Below, in pieces: positions 48,296 to 58,170 of a stretch of 64,000 bases of DNA (its first letter is position 1; every line of letters starts with the position of its first letter). Source of the DNA: a virus; IMG/VR virus record IMGVR_UViG_3300044730_002015, positions 32,001 to 96,000 of that record; one strand, written 5' to 3'. The position numbers and the translations under genes are program-made. Under the pieces are notes generated by a model that made no database searches, had not been told where the DNA came from, and saw only the letters and a program-made list of their open reading frames with translations.

Positions 48296-51200
48296 TATGT
48301 AGCTACTCCTATCTGAACATCAGTCAAACTGTCTCCGCTGGCCAGTGCGATACGGACCAGCACAACACCGCCTGTGGCATTACTCATATTTTCTTCGCCT
48401 AGTGTTTGTGTATAACGTTGATTTGATATAGTGGATCCCAATGGTATCACATCTGTGCCTTGCTCGGCACAGCCATTACCACCGTTGCCACCGGCTCCGG
48501 TATTTTCTCCAGGTATTCCAGCGCCCACATACTGTATGGAACAATCTAGCCAACCATTGAGTGTGGAAGTTGAATCAATTTGTGTACCCGGGGCGGCGAT
48601 CCATACACCCGATACTTTTCCTGATAAAATAATATCAAAATTGGCCACGGTGGCTCTGCGGAATGCAAAGGTAAAGTATTGCACGCCCGAGCGTCCTGTA
48701 ACTAGATCTGGACCTGCTGGCAAGTAACCTGTGGCAAAGTTGGCATCATCAAAGTGTTGTACCGTGCCCCATCTCACAATAGATTCTTGCGTACCGGCCA
48801 CTGTCACAGCGCCTGACCAGGCGTTGCCTGTATAGTAGTCGGTAGCACCATTGAATGCCGGAGTGTTGGCTGCTGCCCCGAATCCAGTGACCCTGACACC
48901 GTTGTCGCTGTATACTGTTCCCAGGCTGGCACTAACAGGAATATTGCCTTCGTCTACACCCGACAGCGCCAGACTATAAATCTGTATTTTTGTCGGCAGT
49001 TGTATGGTGCTGCTGGTGCCATTGACGTTGATCACATTGGCCTGCAGTGTGGCCACTGCGCGGGCACTGCCATTGATGCTGATGCTTTGGCTACCAAAAG
49101 TATAACTCGATCCTATGCCTATGTTGGCATTGGGAATGCCGCTGGTCAGCATGGAAGGTGTGCCATCCAACTGTGCATAAGTTCTTGTCTGCGTGATAAT
49201 CACAGATCCACTGGTGCTTTCATAATTGGTACCCGAAGCAATGGTCAATGGTGTTGCAGTGCTGCGATAAGTTTGTCCAATCAAGTCAGTCACTGACAAT
49301 GAGTTGATAGATACTGTGGGCGAACCAGTGTTGTAATAAGGCACACCCGATATATAACGATAGGTACCAGCAGTTGTTTCTGTCATGGTCACACTGCTGT
49401 TTGACAATGTGGCCACGCTGCTTAGATTGTCTTTGACAAAGCCCACTGCATTGGTATTGCCGCTGATGCTGTGTGCCAGTTTATAATTGTTGTAACCTGT
49501 GCTGATATTGCTCAACGATTGTGAAATAAAAGCACTGAATACCTTGTAAAAATAACTGGGATAAGTGGCTGCTGAAATAGCAGTCCGCGCATCTGCATCT
49601 ACAGTCACTGTCAGGCCGTTGTAGGTACCCACAGCATTGCCAGATGTACTAAAAGAAGTATTGCCCGCTGCTGTGGCACCTATGAAAGCTGTCAACGTAC
49701 CTGTGGTTGAAGTATTGGCCTGTGTCACAGTTGAACTCACGATGGGCGTGCTAGTGACATATCTCGTGACACTGGTACCATTGGCTACGATACCGCCGCC
49801 GGTGTTGTCCACTGCGCCTGCTGCCAACAGCGGACTGGTACCCTGCGACGCAGTGCTCAATGACAGTGTTTTGGTGCTGAGATTTCCAGGAGCACTGGGA
49901 TTGGCATTAATGGTGATATAATTGGTAGCAGTCTTGGTATTGCTTTGTGGAGAACCGCCAGGTGTGCCGTTGGCAGTCAGCGCCACGGTTTTAGATCCTG
50001 TGGAGTTGTAAGTATGTGTTACATTGGCAGCGCTGGTGGTATTGTCAAAGGTTGAATCGCCCCAGGACCAGCTGAAGGTGTTGCCAGCAAAGGGCGGTGT
50101 AGGACTTGTCAAATTCTGGAAATTGAACAAAGCACGATTATTGCCAAGGTAATCTGTGTAGATGTAACCAGTCTGAGCTGTGTCACCGGTGCGGTCAGAA
50201 ACAGTGTTGGCAGTGCCCACAAAGTTGGCACTGATATTGGGAGTTACAGCAATAGTGATGTTGGCCGATTTGAATGGGCTGGTACTGTATCCAGTATACA
50301 GCCAAAGGTTGGCCACATAGTTGACCACATTACCATTGGCCTGCTGCGCTGGGGACAAAGTAAAAGTATGAGCGATATTGGCGGCCCCTGGGTTGCCGGC
50401 CAAACCAGTTTGTATAGCAATATTGCTGTTGGCTGTGTCATCGCCCCACTGGAATATGTAGTACTGCTGAGCACCAAAGGAAGCCGTGTTACCAGGAGTT
50501 CCTGGTGTGTCATTGCGGAAACTTACTACTCCGCCTGAAGTAGCAGATAAAATATTGGCTGTCAATACTGGACTGTGCTGTGAATATACCTTGACTGTTG
50601 TGGGAGCAGTATTGACGCTGTAAGGAGGTGTTGGTCCAGCAGTTTGATTGGTGCCGGTCAACACTATGTTATACAGACTATCGGTGTTGGCCGCGTTGAC
50701 ATAGGTATGGCTGTTGGTAGTCCAGTTATTGGCTGGAGTAACAATGTTGCCATCGCCGTAGTCAAGCAAATATGATGTGGCATACTGACTGGTGTTGGTC
50801 AGTGTAACACTATTACCAGTGTCTAAGCTAGTTGGTACAGTGGTGAATGAGGGCAGCGGCAATGGTGTAAACAGCGTGATATAATTGGTTTTGGTTGCTG
50901 AATCTACACTGCCTTTGGCACCAGCAGCTGCATTGCCTCCATATGTGCCATTGACGTTGTATGCAGTCAAGGTGACTGTGAACTGACCGCCCAAAACGTT
51001 GGCATAAGTGTATACAACATTGGCACCCGATGTGCTGGTATTGCCGTCACCGAAATCCCACAAATAGTTTGTGGCATTGCCAATCTTGGTGCCAGTAAAG
51101 GCCACGCTCAGGGGACTGGGACCCGACGTGACGTTGGCAGTGAAGTTGACCTGGCCCACGTATGTGCCATTGGCAATGTTCAATGCCACTTGATTCAAAT

Positions 51201-53487
51201 CATCAAGACCGTCAGTGACATAAGTGGCAGTGGTCCAGCCATCGTAGGCCACATTAGCTGTTAAATTGCCGTCCGTAGGAGTCCCAATAGCAATGGCGTT
51301 ACCCAGAGCAGTTGCTATTCCAGTTAAGAAAGCACCATTACCAAAGATATAAGTTCCGGTGACGTTGCCTGAGACTTCCAGGCCTGGATAGATCGACCAA
51401 TGGTCGTTGCCAGGCTGGCTGCGATAAATGATGTTGGCAATATTGCCAGCACCTACAATAATACCTGCACCGTTGGCCTGCGAATTAGTAGTGGCGCCGT
51501 TGGCAATAACTATGTCTAGATCATCTACAACTAATTCTGAAACATTGATATAGGTGGTATTTCCTAGTACCTGTAAATTGCCCTGTATAATCGTGTTACC
51601 TAAAACCACAAGATTGCCTGCGCCGAGATTTCCAGTATAGGTTGGCAAATATGCAGCAACATTGGCATCATCGTAGCCACCCGTGGCAGATCTGATATTG
51701 CCTAGTATATACGAACCCGAGATATTAGCAGTGGTAGTGATTGCACCAGTGGTCAGTATTGTTATGTTGGCATTGCTGGCCAAGTAGTTGGCCACATCTG
51801 AATTGCTGTAACCTGGTGGTATGCCGGTTAAAAAAGCACCATTGCCAAAGTAATAGGCTGCTGTGATGTTGCCAGTGGCCGCAATGTCATTGGTGCTGAC
51901 ACCATTTGCGATAACATCAGCGCCAACCAACACATTGCCGCCAAAGTCAGCATCGCCGCCAACAAGTTGCCCACCAACGGTCAACAATGAGGTAACGAAC
52001 ATAGTGTTGCTTGACACATCTTCTGCGACCGCAACATTGTTGGCGGTCACTGTTTCATTTACGGTGATGTTGCCGCCCGTGAAATTATTGGCGATCACTT
52101 CTTCACTAGCAACGAAATTATTTGCGTTTACATCAAATGTAACAGTGATCACATCGGAAACGATATCATTTGTGACTGTGATATTGCCTGCTGTGATATT
52201 ACCAGTATAGGAAGCCAGATAATTAGCTACATTGGCGTTGCTGTAATTGCCTAAAGGCAAATTAGATAACTGAGAACCATCACCAATAAAATAATTGGCA
52301 GTGACATTTCCATCTACGTCTAAACGATTGGCAATGTCAAGGCCATGGCTCAATATCATGACATTGCTGGCGCTGTCATAGAAGAACGTGATATTTCCAC
52401 CGGCTGCTATGTTACCAATTTGCAGTCCTGCACCATTGAGATCACTCATGGTGGCATTGGCATTGGCAGCAACAATTACATCTTTGTCTTTAATGACTAA
52501 ATCGTTAACGTTGATGTAAGTGGTATTGCCTTGAACCAGGAGATTACCTTGGATCACTGCATTTTGTGACACAGTAAGATTACTGAACAAGGCATTGCCA
52601 TTGTAAATCTGTAGATACTGTGCTACATTGGCATTGCCATAGGAACTGCCACCACCGGATATGCCAGTTAGATAATATCCATTACCTAATATATAAGCAC
52701 CCTGCACATTGGCAGTGGTAATGACATTGCCGGTCAAAGAACCCAGGGCACCGGTATATGTTGGCAAATAGTTGGCAACATTAGCGTTGCTGTAAGCAGA
52801 CGGTATGCCGGTTAAAAATGCACCGTTACCAAAGAAATAATCGCTTTGTACGTTTCCCTGTGTGGTAATATTTCCTGTACCGATGCTGAGTGTAACATTG
52901 GCATTACTGGCCAGATATGCACTGACATTGGCATTACTGTAACTGTCATTGCTGATACCAATCTGTCCTACATATCGATAACCTGATACATATAAAACAT
53001 TTCCTGACGTTAAAACACTGGGTATGGTATTACCAATAAAATTGATGAGGCCGGCCTGGGTATCAAAATAGTATTCGCCCGTGCCACCTGAACCTGCGGA
53101 AAATATCTGTGTGCCTGATGCTTCTATGTTGGCTACATTGGGAGGACCAACATAAACTTTGGGTAACCATGTGGCGCCAAACTCCTGCGGAATCCAGTAA
53201 GTTAAATTTGTCAGCCAGGTAGGCCTGATGCCGCCAATGGGCACCACTGTAAAATCAGGCTGGCATTGTATAGAATTGGCGCCACGATAGGCCAGGGCCA
53301 GACCTGAAATATTGGCGGCCACATTGGGGATATTGCCGCTGTCGGCCCATATCACGTCGGCTCTCAGCAGCGGTGGACTAGCTATAGATTCGTTGCTGGG
53401 ACCTTTTTGGTCAAAGGGTGCTGTTTTTGCTACGCCTTGTAGTTTTTTTACCAGCAGATCGATGTATTGTGCAATAGAAATAGCCAT
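48295..53487 (-). CDS. Large virion protein with fibre repeats and PKD/Ig-like domains
   Basis: FTANVTSGPSPLSVAF, YLWDFGDG, DYGDG, WSWGD motifs. Confidence 0.8.
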   Translation of the reverse strand: MAISIAQYIDLLVKKLQGVAKTAPFDQKGPSNESIASPPLLRADVIWADSGNIPNVAANISGLALAYRGANSIQCQPDFTVVPIGGIRPTWLTNLTYWIPQEFGATWLPKVYVGPPNVANIEASGTQIFSAGSGGTGEYYFDTQAGLINFIGNTIPSVLTSGNVLYVSGYRYVGQIGISNDSYSNANVSAYLASNANVTLSIGTGNITTQGNVQSDYFFGNGAFLTGIPSAYSNANVANYLPTYTGALGSLTGNVITTANVQGAYILGNGYYLTGISGGGSSYGNANVAQYLQIYNGNALFSNLTVSQNAVIQGNLLVQGNTTYINVNDLVIKDKDVIVAANANATMSDLNGAGLQIGNIAAGGNITFFYDSASNVMILSHGLDIANRLDVDGNVTANYFIGDGSQLSNLPLGNYSNANVANYLASYTGNITAGNITVTNDIVSDVITVTFDVNANNFVASEEVIANNFTGGNITVNETVTANNVAVAEDVSSNTMFVTSLLTVGGQLVGGDADFGGNVLVGADVIANGVSTNDIAATGNITAAYYFGNGAFLTGIPPGYSNSDVANYLASNANITILTTGAITTTANISGSYILGNIRSATGGYDDANVAAYLPTYTGNLGAGNLVVLGNTIIQGNLQVLGNTTYINVSELVVDDLDIVIANGATTNSQANGAGIIVGAGNIANIIYRSQPGNDHWSIYPGLEVSGNVTGTYIFGNGAFLTGIATALGNAIAIGTPTDGNLTANVAYDGWTTATYVTDGLDDLNQVALNIANGTYVGQVNFTANVTSGPSPLSVAFTGTKIGNATNYLWDFGDGNTSTSGANVVYTYANVLGGQFTVTLTAYNVNGTYGGNAAAGAKGSVDSATKTNYITLFTPLPLPSFTTVPTSLDTGNSVTLTNTSQYATSYLLDYGDGNIVTPANNWTTNSHTYVNAANTDSLYNIVLTGTNQTAGPTPPYSVNTAPTTVKVYSQHSPVLTANILSATSGGVVSFRNDTPGTPGNTASFGAQQYYIFQWGDDTANSNIAIQTGLAGNPGAANIAHTFTLSPAQQANGNVVNYVANLWLYTGYSTSPFKSANITIAVTPNISANFVGTANTVSDRTGDTAQTGYIYTDYLGNNRALFNFQNLTSPTPPFAGNTFSWSWGDSTFDNTTSAANVTHTYNSTGSKTVALTANGTPGGSPQSNTKTATNYITINANPSAPGNLSTKTLSLSTASQGTSPLLAAGAVDNTGGGIVANGTSVTRYVTSTPIVSSTVTQANTSTTGTLTAFIGATAAGNTSFSTSGNAVGTYNGLTVTVDADARTAISAATYPSYFYKVFSAFISQSLSNISTGYNNYKLAHSISGNTNAVGFVKDNLSSVATLSNSSVTMTETTAGTYRYISGVPYYNTGSPTVSINSLSVTDLIGQTYRSTATPLTIASGTNYESTSGSVIITQTRTYAQLDGTPSMLTSGIPNANIGIGSSYTFGSQSISINGSARAVATLQANVINVNGTSSTIQLPTKIQIYSLALSGVDEGNIPVSASLGTVYSDNGVRVTGFGAAANTPAFNGATDYYTGNAWSGAVTVAGTQESIVRWGTVQHFDDANFATGYLPAGPDLVTGRSGVQYFTFAFRRATVANFDIILSGKVSGVWIAAPGTQIDSTSTLNGWLDCSIQYVGAGIPGENTGAGGNGGNGCAEQGTDVIPLGSTISNQRYTQTLGEENMSNATGGVVLVRIALASGDSLTDVQIGVAT

Positions 53488-55284
53488 TTAATTAGTCGCC
53501 ACTCCTATACTTATCGCACTTAAAGATTGCCCAGTTGTCAGTGCGATCCTGACATAAATTTCGTTGGTTGCTGTCAAGGAACTTGATACAGTACCAAAGG
53601 TACAGGTCAATGCCGCGTTGGTAACTGCTGTATTCAGTTGTGCTGCGCCACCTAGACTGCAGCCATCGGAACCGTTGCCTCCTGCGCCGGTACCGGGATA
53701 TCCTGCACCGGCATAGGCCTGAGACATGTCCATCCAGCCATTGAGCCCCGAACTGGAGTCAATGGCTGATCCAGGCAACGCCACCCATAGACCTGCCAGC
53801 GTACCGGTATAGTTAATATCAAATTTTTGTAAATCTTGTCTGACAAATTTAAATGTAAAATACTGTGTGCCACTGCGGCCTGCACTGAGATTGGGACCTT
53901 CCGGCAGATATCCCACGCTATAGTCGGTCACGTCGTGTTTCATAACACCGCGTGTGTTGATGCCTACTACTGTGGCATCGTAGGTTTGTAGTGTGGAGCT
54001 TTGACTGTTGAATGCCGAAGCATTGGCCGAATAGGAAGGTGTGTTGCCACCACCCGGATTGACAATACGGAAGGCTGAGGCAAATCCTGATCCCACTGCG
54101 GGATCTACTGCTATATTTGTTTCATCTATGGTTGTGGTATTGCCATTTTTATAATGTATGACAGATCCGCTGAGTGCCGATGTCAAGGATTGAGTAGTGA
54201 AATTATAACTGTTGTCTACTCTGACACTGGGCCCTGTGCTGCTGGATCCAAATCCTGAATTTACTACATTGGCCATGACATTGGCCGTGACTGTGCCAGA
54301 GGAAACATAAAGATTCCTGGCCAAGGGCACAGCCACGTTGGCAGCGGCATAGGTTAAATTTGTTGGGCTACTAAATGCACCACCGGCAAATCCCAAGGCC
54401 AAGATATTGCCGTTATTGGGATAGGTATCTCCACTGAGACGATTGACTGCAAATGTAAACTCAAATGCATTGTTGCCTGTGTAAAAAGGCACAGTGCTGC
54501 TGTAAGATAACTCTGGTGTGACCTGGGGTGTACAACCAATGGAAAAGAACTGCGGTGATCCCGGAGAACCTGCATCATAGTACCATACTGGCGCATTGGT
54601 AGTGCCAGCCGAACTGTGTGAGATGGCCACTTGATTCCATCCAGACAGCACAGTACCCTGGGCCTGGGCGCTGAACACATACCAAAAACCCGAATCAATA
54701 TTGGCATTGGCCTGGCTGTAGTCATAGTTATTGGTAATAACTAGGTTACCATAGGCGCCATTGACATTGGGATTGGCATCAGTATTGAATGTCACTGTGC
54801 CAGCAGCCGCGCCATTGACAAACGCCGTTATAGTACCTGAGTCTCCTGGCCCGGTATTGGCAATTGTATTGGTATTGTAGTTGGCACTACGATAAACTGT
54901 CAACAGCGTGCCAGCCGATACAGTGACATTGGCGTTGGGCTGTGCAGTGTTATTGGTCTGTGTAAAGTCGGCCATCCTTGCTGATGTGCCCGAACTGGTG
55001 ATACTCAGCGTTTGGTTGCCAGGAAATGCCGCAGGTGGCAATGGTACCAATTTTCCTAATACCTGGTTGATAAGTGCTATGCTGTTGGTAACCGTGGTGT
55101 TGGCAGTGAGAGATACTGCATTTGAAACGAGATTGCCTTGGCTGGAATTGCCAATGGGAATGGCATTGCCAAGAATAGACAGAGAGTTAGCATTGATATT
55201 ATAAATGTTGGAGCCGTCGCCCCAGAGATAATCTGCGAGAACATTACCTGCATATAATGATGTAAATCTTTTGATATAACTCAT
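53488..55284 (-). CDS. Virion structural protein
   Basis: C-terminal domain paralogous to that of 48295-53487 (GYLPxGPxL..GRSGxQYFTF, LNGW, VRIAL). Confidence 0.75.
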   Translation of the reverse strand: MSYIKRFTSLYAGNVLADYLWGDGSNIYNINANSLSILGNAIPIGNSSQGNLVSNAVSLTANTTVTNSIALINQVLGKLVPLPPAAFPGNQTLSITSSGTSARMADFTQTNNTAQPNANVTVSAGTLLTVYRSANYNTNTIANTGPGDSGTITAFVNGAAAGTVTFNTDANPNVNGAYGNLVITNNYDYSQANANIDSGFWYVFSAQAQGTVLSGWNQVAISHSSAGTTNAPVWYYDAGSPGSPQFFSIGCTPQVTPELSYSSTVPFYTGNNAFEFTFAVNRLSGDTYPNNGNILALGFAGGAFSSPTNLTYAAANVAVPLARNLYVSSGTVTANVMANVVNSGFGSSSTGPSVRVDNSYNFTTQSLTSALSGSVIHYKNGNTTTIDETNIAVDPAVGSGFASAFRIVNPGGGNTPSYSANASAFNSQSSTLQTYDATVVGINTRGVMKHDVTDYSVGYLPEGPNLSAGRSGTQYFTFKFVRQDLQKFDINYTGTLAGLWVALPGSAIDSSSGLNGWMDMSQAYAGAGYPGTGAGGNGSDGCSLGGAAQLNTAVTNAALTCTFGTVSSSLTATNEIYVRIALTTGQSLSAISIGVATN

Positions 55285-58164
55285 TTATAGTATCGCCCAC
55301 ACGTTGGAACCCACGAATGTAAATTGATAATTTTCATAATTGACATTGATAACAGCAGTATTAGATCCATCAATTAGATCATTACCACTGCACTGTATGG
55401 TGATAGCAAGATTGCTACCACCGCTGATGTTGCTGGTGTTGCCGAGAATGCCTGTGGTATCTTTGACATTGAATACCACGCCTACCAAGTTGGCATTGCC
55501 CTGTGGCAAAGTTACTGTCACGTTGGACGAGCCATCAAAAGCATAAAGTGTAAAATCGGATGTGGCAGTGATATTACCACTGAAATATCTCACGTTCAGT
55601 ACCGAACTGCCGTTACCACCGCCACCGGAAACTGTAGCCCAACTCAATCCACCACTGCCGTCGGTGCTGAGCACTTGTCCCAGGCTACCACCAGTGATAG
55701 TGACGTTGGATACCAAACCCAAATTGGTGCGTCCAATAACGCTGACATTACCAGCCACTGTCAGGTCTGCTGATTCAGCAAAGTTGTTGACATTACCAAT
55801 GACTGCATCACCTGTTACCAATAGATTAACGATAGAGGCATTGCCCTCTACTTGCAACACCCCGTCGGATGGTCCAAATCCATCAATCAACAAATTGCCA
55901 ATAACGCTTTGGAATTGTGTGTTGTTTTGGCCCACTGTAAGTGTATTGGCCAACAGAGTGTCAACTATGGCTGCGGCACCAATCAGTGTGGAGCTACTGA
56001 GGATATTTCCACCAACTGTGAGCAAACCAGTGGACTGATCAAATGTAAATGTGCCGGCCCCGCCAAACGCCCCATTGTTGTTAAACTGCACAAAACCGTT
56101 GGAACCGCTGGGAGTGGTTCCGGGCACATTACTGAGCAGACTACCATCGCCAATGAAATAACCATCAGTTTTGATATTGCCCGATGCATCAATCACGCCG
56201 TTGACATCTGTGTTGTCACCTAATGTTATGGTTCCTGCATTTCCGGCCTGTATTTCATTCACAGTCAAGGTGGTGATATTGGCCGCAGGACTGACGATGT
56301 TGTTGTTGGTTCTGATTATACCATTGGCGGATATGTTGGCCACTGAGCCAACATTGATATCAGTCAAACTGTTGACCTGATAAATGAATCCTGTGTATGT
56401 CTGTAGATATGCAGCCACATTTGCATTGCTGTAGTCTGCGGAGATCCCGGTCAAGAATGCACCATTGCCGTAGACATAATTAGAAGCAATGATGTTACCA
56501 CCTGTGATATTACCAGTGGTAGTGATTATATTGCTACCATAGTTGGCTAGAAAATCTGCTACATTGGTATTGCCGTAAAGAGCTGCTGTGGGTTGCCAAT
56601 CTGTGGTACCATCGAGGTAACCAGTCAAGACCCAACCGTTGGCTGAAGTTCTGGCAGTGGGTAAAAAATAACCAGTGCTGACACCGCCTACATAGGCCGA
56701 GTTGGCCCGGAGACTGCCCACGTTGGCACTGGTGATGGTAGCAGCGCCTGACACTGTGAGATTGGGTGTGCTTAATAAATTAACGCCGGGTGCAAAATTA
56801 TAAGTTAGATTGACGCTGCCATTGAATCTTCCAATGCCTGAGCTGTAGTCAGCAAACTGTACAGTTGTATTAGCGCTCTGCGGAGTGACTCCAGGTACGC
56901 TGAAGAATCCCAGTTGATTGGTGTTGGTGACTCCCAAGACCTGTCCCGGAATAGTAGCCCCCGAACTGGCATATTGGATACCGTTGACTGTTAGGCCATT
57001 GGTTACAGAAGCATTGCCCAGTGTGGCTGTGTTGTTGACACGAAGGTTGCCCGACAGGGTGGAATTCAAACCTAGGATATTCACCGCACTGGTTAAAGTG
57101 TTGACATTTAAATTATTAAATGAAGTGGTATCTAGTACTGTGAGATTACCGGCAGTGATGTCCTGGGAATAAACGCTGGTAACTATGACATCACGAGCAG
57201 TGATATCTCCTGACATGGTCAGCGGAGCAGAATCGGTTATCTCTATGCCAGCATTGGCGAGGATAAAAGGAACAAATAAAGACTGTCCAGAACTGGAAAA
57301 GACAAAGTTTTCGTTGGATGAAAATGCTGGTCCTGTGCTGGTGCTGACAGCAAACTGTACCTGACCTCCGGTGCCGGATGGGCCGCTGCCACCACCACCG
57401 CCTCCAGAACTAACAGTCCAAATGGATGTGCCGCCGGTGGTATAATTCTGTGTGCAGATATAAACATTGCCTTGAAAGACCTGTATATCACCTTGTTTGT
57501 CACCTGAACGACCCTGTGGGAAATTGACAGGCACGCCATAGTTCAGACCTGAAACATCTCGGCTAAGATCTTGTACTAAAAATGTATTGCCATCTGCTGA
57601 GCTAAAACTCAGTACCACATTACTGACTGTGGTGGGATTGGTGCTGTAGAAATTAAGTGTTTTAGATGAAGGATTGGCGTAACTAATCTTTTCCAATCCC
57701 ACGTAATTCTTGCCACTCTGCAGCGCGATAGAGTTATTGCCTTGATTGTTGACCTGCAACAGCACTGTGCTGTAACTGGCGCCTTTGCCAAAGGTCCTAC
57801 TGAAATTATTGAATGTCACTGCATAGGGGCGACTTTGATTTAGCAGTACTGTTTGATAGCCGCCCGACAGTGTGTCTAGACTATTGACCTGGCCTGCACT
57901 CCAGTTTATGCCCGCCACTGGTATCAGCAGATCGCGCATTTTTGCGCTGAGTATTTCGTTGCCTTGTAAATTATTGTCTAGCGTGGTGCCACTGAGTGGC
58001 GCTTTGAGAACTGCTTTTTCCTGCAGTTCTGTGATTTCTGATGCGGCCGCAGAAAAGTTCTCTTCTATACCGGTAAAGTTAGTACGGAATCCTTGGGACG
58101 GTTGATCCTTGCCTGCTATAGGATAATCGCCGTCGATAATGGTTGGATCTATGTTGCTGGCCAT
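55285..58164 (-). CDS. Baseplate-attached fibre protein
   Basis: N-terminal YPIAGKDQPSQGFRTNF anchor-like motif; VQFNNNGAF, QVLSTDGSGGLSW fibre modules; follows the wedge-like gene. Confidence 0.7.
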   Translation of the reverse strand: MASNIDPTIIDGDYPIAGKDQPSQGFRTNFTGIEENFSAAASEITELQEKAVLKAPLSGTTLDNNLQGNEILSAKMRDLLIPVAGINWSAGQVNSLDTLSGGYQTVLLNQSRPYAVTFNNFSRTFGKGASYSTVLLQVNNQGNNSIALQSGKNYVGLEKISYANPSSKTLNFYSTNPTTVSNVVLSFSSADGNTFLVQDLSRDVSGLNYGVPVNFPQGRSGDKQGDIQVFQGNVYICTQNYTTGGTSIWTVSSGGGGGGSGPSGTGGQVQFAVSTSTGPAFSSNENFVFSSSGQSLFVPFILANAGIEITDSAPLTMSGDITARDVIVTSVYSQDITAGNLTVLDTTSFNNLNVNTLTSAVNILGLNSTLSGNLRVNNTATLGNASVTNGLTVNGIQYASSGATIPGQVLGVTNTNQLGFFSVPGVTPQSANTTVQFADYSSGIGRFNGSVNLTYNFAPGVNLLSTPNLTVSGAATITSANVGSLRANSAYVGGVSTGYFLPTARTSANGWVLTGYLDGTTDWQPTAALYGNTNVADFLANYGSNIITTTGNITGGNIIASNYVYGNGAFLTGISADYSNANVAAYLQTYTGFIYQVNSLTDINVGSVANISANGIIRTNNNIVSPAANITTLTVNEIQAGNAGTITLGDNTDVNGVIDASGNIKTDGYFIGDGSLLSNVPGTTPSGSNGFVQFNNNGAFGGAGTFTFDQSTGLLTVGGNILSSSTLIGAAAIVDTLLANTLTVGQNNTQFQSVIGNLLIDGFGPSDGVLQVEGNASIVNLLVTGDAVIGNVNNFAESADLTVAGNVSVIGRTNLGLVSNVTITGGSLGQVLSTDGSGGLSWATVSGGGGNGSSVLNVRYFSGNITATSDFTLYAFDGSSNVTVTLPQGNANLVGVVFNVKDTTGILGNTSNISGGSNLAITIQCSGNDLIDGSNTAVINVNYENYQFTFVGSNVWAIL

Positions 58165-58170
58165 ATTTTT

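Noticed and set aside
30284-53487. CRISPR array or non-coding repeat arrays
   Set aside because: Repeats are in-frame multiples of 3 inside open ORFs, with synonymous variation and no repeat-spacer structure
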